Assembly (NCBI GenBank): GCA_964016885.1
Contig: OZ024741.1
Span: 293,322,001-293,386,000 of the forward strand
Source of the DNA: Eledone cirrhosa
Lineage: Eukaryota
Length of the DNA stretch: 64,000 bases
Direction: 5' to 3'
Shown: positions 1-12,804 of the stretch, piece by piece
Position numbering within the stretch: position 1 is the stretch's first letter
Layout: each line of letters starts with the position of its first letter
Made by a program: the position numbers and the translations under genes
Notes under the pieces: model-generated
Databases searched by the model: none
The model's input: only the letters and a program-made list of their open reading frames with translations
Told to the model about the DNA's origin: nothing

Positions 1-19
1 CAGTCCTCTTGCTTCCAAC

Positions 20-52
<33 letters not shown>

Positions 53-197
53 GACCATGCTGTAAAATGGAGGGGTAGAGAGGGCCCTTGTATATGTATA
101 TATATATATATATATATACATATATATATACATATACACACACACACATACACATATACACACACATATATATATACACACACACATATACATTAAT

Positions 198-572
198 AAC
201 AATAATAATAATAATAATGATTTCATTTATTAGCCACCAGGGCCGACATGTAGGGGACAATACAAAGACAGGGACAGTGGGGGTTTACAATAAGGTGGAG
301 TAAAAGTGCACAATGGCAAGACTAATTTAACAATGAAAATATAAAAATATAAAATAAACTATGCATAAATATAACAAAATAAAATTCCCCGATAGGAGGT
401 GTACGACCCTGGGGTGCTTCAGGTACCCCACCAATCCTGAACCACCCTGCGCTTCTAGGTCACCCAGGGAGAGCACCCCTCTCCTCAAGTTAGCTAGCCT
501 ATAGGCGCATGGTCAGAGTAGGCCCATTCACACAAGCCATTCTCACCACATTCACCCACCTTTTAGCAAATG
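198..572 (-). mobile_element. 3' end of an L1/Tx1-like (or I-group) LINE with (ATT)n tail
   Basis: Minus strand reads FAKRWVNVVRMACVNGPTLTMRL* and then a 3' UTR ending ggccctggtggctaataaatgaaatc(att)n. Related tails occur at ~13530, ~23760 and ~30550. Confidence 0.5.
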
Positions 573-574
573 TA

Positions 575-1290
575 CTGGGGGGGCAATCCCAGAACACGCC
601 TGCCTACATCATAAACCGACTTTTTATGGGTCGGCCAATCCTCACCAAGATCTGCAGCCTGCATAGCTTCTTCCAATGTCCTCTTCACATTTTTATCCTT
701 AAGACGAGCAGCATTCAATCTTTTGGGCAGGGCAACACCAGGAGCCCGGATTTTACGTTTAGTGATTAGTTTCACTTTTGCGCGTACCAGGCGCTGGTCC
801 GTCCAGCACTCAGCTCCACGAAGAGCACGAACACACTGCACATCCTGTCTGTCACGCATCCTGACTAGGACGTAGTCCAAAAGATGCCATTCCTTAGATG
901 CAGGATGCATCCATGTGGTCTTGAATTTGTTCTTTTGTTGGAACATGGTGTTGGTAACACACAGATCCAGCTCCTCACACATCTGCAGCAGGAGCATACC
1001 ATTGTTGTTACACTTTCCCACCCCATGCCTTCCGATTACCTTCCATGTGTTAAAATCCCTACCCACACTAGCATTAAAGTCACCAAGCACGATGACTTTG
1101 TCTGCCTGAGGAATATTTCTTAAAACACCTTTCAAGGCATGGTAAAAGGACACTTTTTCTTGATCGACAGAATTCATAGTTGGAGCATACACACTCACCA
1201 GGGTCGCATATCTTCCTTTGTCCAGCGGAATTCTCATGGACATAAGACGCTCACTAATCCCTACTGGGAATTCTTCTAATTTATTCACAA
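575..1290 (-). mobile_element. RTE/BovB-like LINE fragment, apurinic endonuclease (APE) domain
   Basis: ORF 563-1288 has LINE APE motifs SVYAPT, VLGDFNA, TTWMHP..WHLLDYV and CWTD(H/Q)RLV. Truncated at both ends. Confidence 0.9.
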
Positions 1291-1378
1291 GTACAAGTGA
1301 ACCTAATAAACTAATATTTGTACTGCCTCTCTGTTTTTGTTCCTAAGATTTAACTATATATATATATATACACACGTA

Positions 1379-1420
<42 letters not shown>

Positions 1421-1437
1421 TATGTATATATATATAA

Positions 1438-1578
1438 TCATCATCATCATTTCATTTTACGTCCACTTTTCCCTGCTTGCATGGGTGGGACGGGAACTGA
1501 TTCTGGCTCGATTTCTACAGCTGGATGCCCTTCCTAACACCAACCTCATTTACAGTGAGTGCTGGGTGCTTTTTTGCA
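1438..1578 (-). mobile_element. 3' part of the RTE-tailed CORE-SINE, 5'-truncated
   Basis: Matches the 3' ~140 bp of the full SINE at 47777-48171. The (GAT)n tail abuts (TA)n. Confidence 0.85.
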
Positions 1579-2250
1579 TAGCTCCGCTGGATGTGTAACA
1601 GTAATATACGTGAACGGCAAAGCATAAACGAACTAAGGAAAAAATTAGAGATAAGAGGGATCAGATGTTGTTTACTCGAGAGAAGGCTGCGTTGGTATGG
1701 ACACGTGATGCGCATGAAAGTCGATAGCTGTATTACAAAGTGCAGGGCAATAAAGATAGACGGTAGCCACGGAATAGGCAGACCTAGAAAAACATGGGAT
1801 GAGCTGATAAACTCCGACCTCACACACTTACACCTCTCCAAGACAATGTCACTGGACCGTGACCTTTGGCGGTACTCAGTAACAGAGAAGACCCGCCTTG
1901 CCAGTAGGCATCTCTAACAAAATACACCCCTCCCGCCGCCACCCCCACCCCATCCACACCACCCCGTTCTATGTAAAGTTATGTTGGTGCCGCGCCATCC
2001 AGGCCGAAACAAATGAGATCGTGTAGGTGTCACGACAAAAAAACACACAGTCCACGCTGTAATGTGGCCGTGTAGGCAACACGGTAAAAACCTCCCAGAC
2101 CCACACTGTAAATGTGGTTGGTGTTAGGAAGGGCATCCAACTGTAGAAAACCTGCCAGACAGTCCTATGCGAGCAAGACAATCACTCTTGCCTCAAGTGG
2201 GACTACCCCCGTCCAAACCCATGCAAGCGTGGAACACGGACGTTAAACGT

Positions 2251-2281
<31 letters not shown>
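1575..2281 (+). mobile_element. RTE LINE 3' fragment (subfamily A): ORF C-terminus, 3' UTR and (GAT)n tail
   Basis: Encodes RWMC...[12 protein letters not shown]...GRPRKTW...DRDLWR. Nearly identical to the reverse complement of 40715-41440. Confidence 0.95.
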
Positions 2282-2310
<29 letters not shown>

Positions 2311-2317
2311 CATATAA

Positions 2318-2348
<31 letters not shown>

Positions 2349-2383
2349 AACATATATATATACATACATATATTTATATATAC

Positions 2384-2433
<50 letters not shown>

Positions 2434-2500
2434 CATGTATATGTATATATATATATTATATATATACATATTATATATAAACATATATATATATATATAC

Positions 2501-3110
2501 ATGGTGGCTGCCAACTCGTTTTCGAGTACGGCCACTACTTTATATCCATGTAGGAGAACCCCTACTGATGCGCTGAACGAGTGTGACTTTTTAGTCCAGC
2601 CAGCGACTTGAAAGCTCTGGTACAAACACTACACTTGTGACAATTATTGACACATAGTGCTGGGCCCATGGTACCATGTGACGACAAATGCAGAGAGATC
2701 TCCAGATATAAAGCAATGCCTGTGCCGTGAAGCTTTTATAGTGAGCAAAGGCACTGCACAAAGCCAGTCCCACTCTCTTAACCAAGATGATATTTACCAA
2801 AAAGAAGAACAAGTCAACATCATTGGATACCATCAGGGTTGCAGGTGTTATATCAGAGTTTTCCTTCTCCTAGAATTCTGCCTTGACAAAGGCTAAGGGG
2901 TCATCTCTCCCGGTGATTTTGGATGGCCATTGACTCTTAAGAGCTCCTTTGCCTTTTGACAGGTTTTGTTTTTAGTCCTGCAGGATGTCCAAAGTCACCC
3001 TCCTCACCAAGAAACCTTGGTGGGGTTGCCAGTTTAGTCGCCAACGACCCGACCATGGGACAGGTTGTACTGGAATACATGTTACCAGTAGCACCAACTG
3101 GTGACCTGAC
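2501..3110 (-). mobile_element. Probable 5' UTR/5' end of an RTE-type LINE, flanked by (TA)n
   Basis: Contains ttttccttctcctag..aaggctaa and gccagtttagtcgcc motifs that resemble RTE 5' UTRs. A homologous diverged copy at ~30880-31158 ends at the same tgacctgac boundary. Confidence 0.5.
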
Positions 3111-3141
3111 ATATATATATACACACACATATATATATACA

Positions 3142-4035
3142 CAGGCTGTGGACGATATTTGTTTGCAATTTCCAACTTCAAATTTTATGCAAATTTTTTT
3201 TACTTCCGTTGTCACTTTTATCTTCATAAAAACAGTGACTATATTTCCATTATTTATTTTCAGAATAATTGATTATAAATAATTTTGAACCTCCAAATTT
3301 GTGGAAGAGACACGGAGTTCTTCTTGGAGTTCGCGCAGGGAGGACAAATAAGACCAGAAGATCAACTCCCAGAACAACAGGTGGCTCGCTGTCTCATCCA
3401 AAGACGTGCCCAGAGTCATGCAGACAAAGTTTTCAGCGACAACATTGGTCTTGTGTGTCGTCGGCAGTCAAGGTGATATCATGCCACCTCACTTCTTCCC
3501 AGAGGGCTTCAAGCTGAACACCGATGGCTACATCCGCGTTCTGAGTGAGGTAGTATATCCCTGGATCGACCAGGTAGCTGCAGGTAGGCTGTACGTGTGG
3601 CAGCAAAACTCAGCGCCCTGCTATACCAGCTGAAAGACCCAAGCCTGACTGTCAGAGAACTTCGTCGACCACACTTCACCTGACATCTGGCCTCCCAGCT
3701 CGCCTGACTGCAACCCCCACGACTTCTTTGTGTGGGGTGCAGTGGAACGAGACGCCAACAGATCTAGCTGCAATACAAAAGACGATCTGAAGGCCAGGAT
3801 CACAAGTGCCTTTAGGGCCCTAAGTCGGGGGACAGTGACGGAGGCCTATAGCCAGTTCCGAGGCAGCCTTGAGGCCTTCATCAAAGCAAATGGCGGGTCT
3901 ATCGAGTGAGATCAAAAGAACAAGTCATGAAGACAAACTGACCCAAGTTTGATAAATATATCTTAAAATATAAAACTACTGTGTTATTTTTTCCTGGACA
4001 GTAATCTTGAGAAAACAGATATCATCCGCACCCTG
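3142..4035 (+). mobile_element. DD37D (maT-type) Tc1/mariner transposon, internally deleted non-autonomous copy with both TIRs
   Basis: TIRs caggctgtggacgatatttgttt / aaacagatatcatccgcaccctg in TA-rich flanks. Transposase remnants VWQQ(N)SAPC and WPPSSPDCNP. About 400 bp is deleted relative to 37179-38345. Confidence 0.92.
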
Positions 4036-4078
4036 TATATATATATATATATATTTATATATATACATATATATATAT

Positions 4079-4114
<36 letters not shown>

Positions 4115-4130
4115 GCATATATATATATAT

Positions 4131-4210
<80 letters not shown>

Positions 4211-4789
4211 GTAAAATAGCTGATTGACATCTAAACTTTGGCTACACTAAATTTTTTATTTTCCAAAACACATTAAGGAAAAAAAAATCTGAAAATCAAT
4301 ATAAATAAATTAAAAAAGAATTGAATTGGATGGATTTTGTTTCCTGTGTTTAATGATCTGATGCAGCATATTAGTATAGAAATGAATGAATAAATGAAAT
4401 TTTTTTCTAATATCTCTCATTTTTTCTTTTAATATTTCACTTTGTAAATGACCCTATAGCATCAGATTTCATTTTCAACTGTTCTTTTAACTTGTATAGT
4501 TCCCCCCCCCTCTTCATTCTATTATAGTTCCATTCATATCTAGGATGCATTATAGCAGTTGTCCTAAAACTTATTTTATTATGGAAGTCTTACAGTGTTT
4601 TCCTAAACGATGTGGAACCTATACCTACATTTTGTGGATATTCCCCATCATCCTAAATGAAACAAATTTGTTTTAGTGATAGCATATGAAAAACAAATTA
4701 AAGTATAAACAGTTAATATCACATTACAACTCTTTCTCTGTGTCTATCAAATGAGAAAGTCTGTACATTAGTTAAGTTAAAGTCTGTTC

Positions 4790-5045
4790 TAAACTGAAGG
4801 CTTATCAGGCCAGTGTTTAACCCCAGTTTCTTTGGTGCTGAGCGACTGAGAGTACAAGACTCTTCCTGGACAGAAAACCAGTCTATCACAGGATTAACTC
4901 CCCACCTATTGCTGGTACTCATTTTCAGCTGAGCGTACTGGAACAATGTGAAATAAAATGTATTGCTCAAGAACACAATACAGCACTCTGTCCAGGAATT
5001 GAACTAGCAACATTATGATCATAAGAATAAACATCCTAACCATTA
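4790..5045 (-). mobile_element. Old CORE-type tRNA SINE
   Basis: Reverse complement has a tRNA-like head, then gtgttcttgagcaatacattttatttcacattgttccagtacgctcagctgaaaatgagtacc. Similar to the copy at 46033-46290. Confidence 0.65.
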
Positions 5046-6538
5046 AAATCTGTACTTGGTTGTTTGAAATAGCAGTCAAATATTTAATATGAAATACAAG
5101 GTTTGATGATCACAAGTGAAATATCTTTAGACATACGTCTCTTCATTTTGGAACTCGGGATTAATCCCTTCCATTCTAATTTTAATAAGACATTAAATTA
5201 AAAAATATTATTTTAGAAAATTTATAAAAAAAAATCTTTATTGAATTTTTTTAAAAGACACATTATTTTGTGGAGCGACAGAATATATTTCCTTGGAATC
5301 CACATTAAAAAACACTGCCTTATTGTCATATTAACTCTTATCAACTGCATGAAATCACATTAGCAAACTATGAAGCAGCAATATGGCAGCATCACATTGA
5401 AAATTAAAGTTTTTATTTTAGTGTACTACAAATGTTCACAAAGATATGTCAACTAGCAAAGCTACTATGGAATTAATATACCCGTTTTTAAATATTTTCT
5501 GCTAGATCATTGCAGGAGTTAAATTGATCTCAGCACTTGACTAGTACTTCACATTTATCAATGTCTGATGGATAAAAGAGAAAGATGATCTTAGTGAGAT
5601 TTAAACACAGTATATCAAGAGCTCTCAATAAACACCATAGGTATTTTTATTCAGTACTCCAACAATTCTACATTTGCACCCATGTTTCCAGCTTCAAAAG
5701 TGCTAAAAATACCACAGAATTCTTTAATTGAGAATCTTTTTATTAGAAACTCAGCTTCATCTGTTCTATTTTGGTGACAGTTCTCGTCATATGCATGTTG
5801 TGCTACTCTAACTTTAAACTTTTTGATACCAAACCAAATGAAATTGTCCATGAATCTATGATACAAAACTTTGTTTTTAAAGGTTTGTATTTATGTGAAA
5901 CCGTCTTATCATAATACTACGTAAGAAACCTTGTTAAGTTATGCTCCAGACACCAGCATAGTAATAAAACATTAGTTATATTCCTAAATCTCTTGGGATT
6001 CTTGTTTATTTTCAAATTCAAAAAACATCACAGGTAGTGTATTTCATCAGAAAAATGGTAATAAAAGGGTTAAATTAGAAAGTCTTAATCACTGACGTCC
6101 TCATTATATAAGAGAAACAGTTCTCTAACATTCCTAATGTTTATTCTCAACATTTTCAGCTCTCTTTTACTCTTTTCTCTGCTCCAGCCAACTGGCTAAG
6201 GCCATGCTCTGTCACTGCCAGCTGTAAGCAAAGTTAAATACCATCTAACCCATGCTAGCATGGAAGATGGACGTTAAACGAAGATGATGATGATGATAAT
6301 TAAATAATTTCTTCTATGGGTCATTCAACATCCTTTCAGAGTTGATAGAATATGGGCAATAGATTGACAGAATTGTTAAAGCATTCTACAGGGTACATAG
6401 GAGAATTTGTTCCAGTCTTTGAAATATGAGTTCAAATATTATTGTGGCCTACTTGAGTGATTGATTTTAGCAGTCAGCCTCTTTAACAGCCACCACCTGG
6501 CTCTTGGATGATTTTAGCAAAATCAATCCTGCTGCAAA

Positions 6539-6866
6539 CAGGGGTGTAACTAGGGAAAATAGCATCTATGGCAAGCAGTGAAATAGCACCTTTGCTATGA
6601 TGTATGCCTGTGGTCATGCAGTTCCCAGCAGTGTATTTTTGCCCATGGGCCTAATAATTTATATAAATGGTTTAATGATCCAGCCAACACAGTGCTTCTC
6701 ATTCATGATAGTCAAAGACATCATATATCTGAAGAAGTTTCTTTATTCACTCTCCAATGAGAGCTTGTCTGACTTTAATAGAAAGTGTTCCTTGTCTAAG
6801 TGACAACCTCCTTCAAGTGGTGTCCAGGACACATATCATGCTTGCCATGCCCTAGTTATGCCTCTG
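6539..6866. mobile_element. hAT-type MITE
   Basis: TIRs caggggtgtaactaggg / ccctagttatgcctctg with a perfect 8-bp TSD gctgcaaa (6531-6538 and 6867-6874). Confidence 0.88.
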
Positions 6867-7849
6867 GCTGCAAACACTCAAGCCAGGTTTTCCATTTGAG
6901 GAACTCTTTCTTCTCTTGTACACATCACTTAAAAAAATCCTGGAAATTATCTGGGGCACTTCCCTTTCCACTCCGCCTAAAACAAAAAAAAACAAAAATG
7001 TAATTCTTTTTCTTCTGAAACTAAGCTGTTATTTGATTGAAATTTCTAGTAAAGGAATTTTCATTGAACTATGACTGAACTGGTTTGGAGATATTTTCTG
7101 GATTAAATTTATTTCTTCATAACACTTTCTTTCTTTATTTCTTATAACATCTGTTTTATTTAATCTTTCATCTTATTATTAGTCTTCTTTCTTCCTTCCT
7201 TCACAGTTTGTTATTTTCAATCTCACTTTTTTTTAGTCTGCATCTGCTTTTCTTTCTGTATTCTACCTTTATCCTATCTTTCTTCTTCTGACTTTTCATT
7301 CAGTCTTCTGTCTTTCTAGAGTTTTTTTCTCATTTTTCTTCTCATCAAAATAACTGTCACTGCCATTGTCAGCATCAACCACATTGTCACTATCATCATT
7401 ACCCCCCCCCCCTTCATTATCATCACACACAACTTTATCACCACAATGTAACAATCATGATCACTACCACCACCACCACATAATCATCATCATAATTGAA
7501 GTCATGGTCATCATGTCATAATCAGCAGTTTTCTCTCTTGTATTTATTACATGAAATGGTAGAAAAGGATAAAGGATTATATAAGAATCTATTAGATTCC
7601 TTGGAAAGAAACCAGCAATGGAAGAGAAAAGGGTGGCAGTGAAGAAGGCCCATTAAATTGCTATATAAAACCAAAATAATAATAAAAAGTCAAGCACACA
7701 TTAAATTATATTAGAGAATTACAGAAGGAAATAATCTACATCAATAAAACCAGAAATGGAAATCATAAAATATCAGAGAATCATTGTCTTTTATTTTTAT
7801 TATACCTTGTTAACCCATTTCCTTATTCTATGGTGGAGTGTACACCACC

Positions 7850-8250
7850 ATCATAGTTTTATGTCTGTGTTCCATACTAGCATGGGTTAGATGGGTTGTC
7901 ATATTCTGTGACTAGATATGACAGATAACCACACTTCATCCTCATATGTTCCAGTGTGGCATGGTTTCTACAGCTAGATGCCCTTCCTAGTGACAAGTGT
8001 ATACTGGATACTTTTTATTGTGGCACCAACGTTATCATTTTACAGAGAGGGCTGAGTGCATTTTATTAGGGCACTACCACTACCATTATACAGACTGATC
8101 TGTGTGCAAGTTATAATGGTACCAGCACTATCACTTTACAGAGTGGGCTGGGTGCATTTTATCATGGCACCAGCACTGCTACTGTACAGTGTCTACTGAG
8201 TGCATTTAATCATGGCATCAGTATTTACACTTTACAGAGTGGGCTGGTTA
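7850..8250 (-). repeat. Old RTE 3' UTR remnant with ~5 tandem ~43-bp units
   Basis: Repeated ctttacagagtgggctgggtgcattttatcatggcaccagcac-like units next to the ctagatgcccttcct / ccatactagcatgggttag tail motifs. Confidence 0.7.
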
Positions 8251-8580
8251 ATAATAGAGGCAAAAGCACAATGCAAACTCTGTGTATGTTTACGTGCATG
8301 TATGGCTCAAACTCCTAAGATGGTGCATTTGATTCCTGATTGTGTCCTTGTATAAGACACTTTATTTCACCTTGCTCTAGTCCACTCAACCGGAAAAAAT
8401 GAATTGTTACTGCACTTGAAAAGCCCATCCTGGGAATTACATTATGGTTACACATGTCTCTGGAATGTTCAGTCACTTGCATATTAACTTCATAAACACT
8501 CTTTTCTGTTGGTCAAATATGTAGGACAATCATTGGAATTGACAGAGGTTGAACATATATCCATAAGTGTGTGTGTGTGA

Positions 8581-8615
<35 letters not shown>

Positions 8616-9115
8616 GGAAGCACAAAGTAGACACTGTATGCAGACACAGTGCCACAGCAACAGAAGCTCCCAGTTAACATTATAATGTGGTTGGTGTTAG
8701 AAAGGGTATCCAGCCATAGAAACTAAGCCAAAATACAGATCCGTATGAGCAAGATGTGGTCTCTGGACCTGACTTGACACATAATGTGATAACCCGTCTT
8801 ACCCATGCAAGCATGGAAAATGGGCGTTAAAGGATGATGATGATATAGTAACATATACATAGCAACACTGTTTCTCTCTCTCACCTTGAATTCTATCACT
8901 CAGTTTTTCACTTCACATTAGTATGGGGATGACAATTTAGCTTGTGCAGTGTGGATGCCATGAGAAAATGCATCAAACCACTTGTACGCACTGTCTGTTG
9001 GATGTAATTAAAATTCAAATACCTAGCCTTGTTACACATAGTATCAAACTATCTGAGAAATATGTTAAGTGCATATGTGTCTGTAGAATATGCAACCACT
9101 TACACTATAATTTAA

Positions 9116-9320
9116 CCCTTTAGCATTTAAACCAACTGTACCTGGCCAGAATTCTCTCAAACCAGCTGTAACTGGACACTCATACCGATGTTAAGGTATG
9201 GTTTTCAAAATAAATAATCTCAAAATCTCATAGATTCAATATTATGTGAGATAATTATGTAAGATAAATCCTTTACCACAAAAATATAATAGTATTTATA
9301 AGTAATGTAAATGCTGAGTA
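9116..9320. mobile_element. piggyBac-type MITE (degenerate right end)
   Basis: Starts TTAA|ccctttagcatttaaacc. The internal sequence is the reverse complement of 11612-11812. Confidence 0.65.
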
Positions 9321-9624
9321 TGGGTGGGGAGTTCTACTTCAAATCATATCAAGCAAAGACCACAGGCTTCAGCTATGCAAAGAGTTTGAATAAATCAGGA
9401 GTGGCACTAATGGCACCAAAACTCTTTATATACCAATTCAAGAATGAAATAGATGGTAATAAGATAAGTGATAATAAATTTATATGAAATACAGAAAAAA
9501 TGTTAAAAAAAGGAAGTGGTGGCAATAAAATATCTGACAATAAATGAGATAATAATGTCAAATAAATGAGATGGTAATAAAAGAACCTATAAAAATATTA
9601 AAATGAAGGAAATTGACAACATTA

Positions 9625-9760
9625 AACAAGCCTTAAATTTAAAGAGCTCAAGGTCATATTCTGCATGAAAACAATGTGCAGAGAGTTTATTCCACAATTT
9701 AACCTGGGTTGGGATGAAAAAAGACCTTTGTGCATGGAACTTACAGCATGTCTGTCAGAT
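9625..9760 (-). mobile_element. CR1/Jockey-group LINE 3' end remnant
   Basis: Minus frame SFFIPTQVKLWNKLSAHCFHAEYDLELFK resembles the SFF.RT..LWN.LP...F...Y.L..FK C-terminal motif. Confidence 0.45.
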
Positions 9761-11099
9761 ATCCAGGAAACATGGACATAAAGATTGTTCTAGAATATTC
9801 AGTGATAAAACTGACAATCCATTCATTATATTTCTCTCTCTGTCTGTCGCTCTCTCTCTTATATATATATATATTTGAGAAAAGAATCCCATGTTGCTAA
9901 AATCATACAAAATGAATAAAATATATGGGTGAAGACAACGGAAAAATAAATGAAACACAGGCAGTTTCATCTCAATAGTTGATTGCCGGAGATACATTGT
10001 TTCATTGCTTTAAGATCGATACAACTGGCTGTAGTGCACATGGGACAGTAACAAATGGACACAAGACAAATGATTGATCTTTCAACTTTAAATATATATA
10101 TATTGTGTGTATGTGTGTTGGACCTCCATCAGTTTTAACAGTGAGTTTTCCAGTGGATTGAATCAACTGAAAGTAATGTACAAGTGGCTGAGCATTCTAC
10201 TGGCACATGTACCCTTAATCTAATCCTCAGGCAGACTCAGCATCACACAATGGGTGATAATAGCAGAACCTTCGAATTACATGTAGAACTCACCTTTGCC
10301 AGCTGAGTGGACTGGAACAATGAGAAATATAGTATCACCACACCACCGGGAATCAAACACATGACCTTATGATCATGAGCCAAACTACCTAACCATTAAG
10401 CCATACACCTTCATCCACACACACACACATATATATATATATAGAGAGAGAGAAGTGGGGGAAATAGTTTGCAGTCGATGAATAAAAGAAGAGCAGTATG
10501 ACTGAAAGAATTCAATTGCAAATACAAGAGGCTGAAATGGAATTCCTCTGCAGGGCCTTTAGTGTAATGTTACTCAATAGACTGCATAGCTCAGAGATCA
10601 GAGAGTCACTCCAGGTAGAACCGCTACTTCTCCAAATTGAGAGATCACAGCTCTGATACTATGGACATGTGGTTAGAATGAATCAGGAAAGAATTTCAGG
10701 AAAGATTTTATGGGCAAAACCAACAAGCAAGAGATTCTGGGGGTGGACCCTGAGCAAGATTGTTGGATAATATTCATGGTCTTGGCTGTTCTCACTTGGG
10801 GATCCAACCGGATCAGTTGGAAAAGGTTGCTTCTGACAAGACCCACTGGAAAGTGTGTTGGAGGATTCTGCTCCCATGACCCTCTCAGGAATACTTGGGC
10901 AAAGAAGAAGAAGGAACGATCAACAAGATCACAAATCTCAATTACTAACAGAGTGGGGGCAGGAACTTGTCAAATCAGACCAAGGAATCAATGTTTCCAT
11001 TGGTCTTTCCACAATTATTAGGAGCAGTGATTTCAGTAGTATTGTTCAGCTGTTGCTCTTGATCTATGATCAAAGGTAAATAAAAATAGGATGTTGACA

Positions 11100-11600
11100 T
11101 TGGAATTACCAAAGTCTGGGCTGCAATAACAAAATGGAAACGATGTGGAAGTCAGATCTACTAAGAAAAATTAAAATATCATTCTTCAGAACATTTGTTG
11201 AGTCAGTATGGATCAGTTACATGGACCCTGGCACAAGCACTTGAGAAAACACTAGATAGTGCATCACTAAAATGCATATGGGTGTATGAAATATAAACTG
11301 GTGTCAATGTATTACAAATGAAAATTTATATGGAAACTTGCCCAAGATACCTACTACGGTTATTCAAACATGGTCATGATTTGCAGGACATTGCTGGAGA
11401 AGTCAGCAGGAAGTTATACACAAGCTACTATTATGGGAACCAACTCATGGGAGATGCAGTAAAGGAAGACCTGTTCAAACCTTTATTGATCAACTCTCAG
11501 ATGACAAAACCTTTGTAGGGAGTAGTTGTCAGGTGTAATTGAAAATCGTGAATTGTGGAGATACTTTGTCAGAAATGTTCATCTGTGGTCAGAATGATGA
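11100..11600 (+). mobile_element. Highly decayed RTE LINE 3' fragment
   Basis: Frameshifted KIKISFFRTFVES...WTLAQALEKTLD, later aatcgtgaattgtggaga (NRELWR) and a gatgatgat tail. Confidence 0.6.
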
Positions 11601-11611
11601 TGATTATTTAA

Positions 11612-11812
11612 CCCATTAGCATTTACATTACTCTATATTTACTATCATATTTTCATGGTAAAGGATTTACCTCACATAATATTGAATCTATGTAATTTTG
11701 ATATTATTTATTTTGAGAACAATACCTTAACATTAGTATGAGTGGCCAGTTATGGCTGGTTTGAACAGAAGGAGGTGAGAAAATTCTGGCCAGATATGGC
11801 TGGTTTAAAGGG
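11612..11812. mobile_element. piggyBac-type MITE
   Basis: TTAA|cccattagcattt ... ggtttaaaggg|TTAA, with the TTAA TSD on both sides. Confidence 0.75.
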
Positions 11813-12534
11813 TTAAGGTGTTCCATCTGTAACAATTACCTATTTTACAGAGTCGATAGAAGAAAAAATATACATAACTATTGATATGAAGGTCAATTTG
11901 AATTTTGCCGTTAAAAATGATGTACATGAGGGTTATTGAGGTATTATTATAGTGATGGTAATGATGTTAATGATGGTAGTATTATGTTGATGATGGTGGT
12001 AGTGATGGTGGTGATGGTAGTGGTGGTGATGGTAGTGATGGTGGTTATGATATTGGTCAATGTTATAATTGTGTTCATTGTATTTGTGGTTATGGCAGTG
12101 TTGATGAAGGTGGTGGTTTTTGTAGAGATGGTGTTTGTGGTTGTAGTGGTGGTGGTGGTGGCTGTAAAGATGGTGGTAGTAGTGGTGGAAGTAGTGTTGG
12201 AGAAGGTGGTGAAGATTGTAGAAATGGTGGTTGTGTTAGTAGTGTTGTTGGTGGGTGGTGGAAGTGGTGTTGGTGAAAGTGGAGTATAGTTGGTTGATTG
12301 AAATATAAGAATGGAAGACAGTAGCTAAAATATCTCTTAAGTAGAGGCTTTAAGATGCCTATAACTCTGACTGTTATCTTTCCATTTCAGATGAACACTG
12401 GACAAATATAACTGACTTTTATAAACCTCTCTCTTTCTCATATATTTATATAGTATGTGTGTGTGTCTATATATATATGTGTGTGTGAGTAAATATACAT
12501 ATATATATAAATATATATACATATCTATGTATAA

Positions 12535-12804
12535 AACCCGATGGTTGTTTATATATTGTCACAGCTGTTTCAACACTCATTCTGTGACTTACACAGTGAC
12601 TGGGTTTTTATTTTATGTCCTCCTTTGTTCTGTCCTATACCATCCTGTGTTTGTTTTTGTGTGTTGTGTGTTGAGAAACACAAAAACAAAAAACAAGATG
12701 GTTTGGGACAGAACAAAGAAGAGACACAAAATAAAAACCAAGTCTCTGAGGAGGTTTCAGAATGTGTGATGAAAGAGCTTTGACAATATATAAACCATCC
12801 AGTT
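12535..12804. repeat. ~270-bp imperfect palindromic (fold-back) element
   Basis: Left arm gtttatatattgtca...gtttttattttatgtc...ttgttctgtcc..accatc..gtttttgtg pairs with right arm cacaaaaac..gatggt..ggacagaacaa..gacacaaaataaaaac...tgacaatatataaac. Confidence 0.88.

Noticed and set aside
5651-5866. 71-aa ORF that looks protein-like
   Set aside because: Partly overlaps a dispersed piggyBac-like MITE (~5815-6072; related sequence at ~14330, ~21445 and ~22045) and has no recognisable domain.
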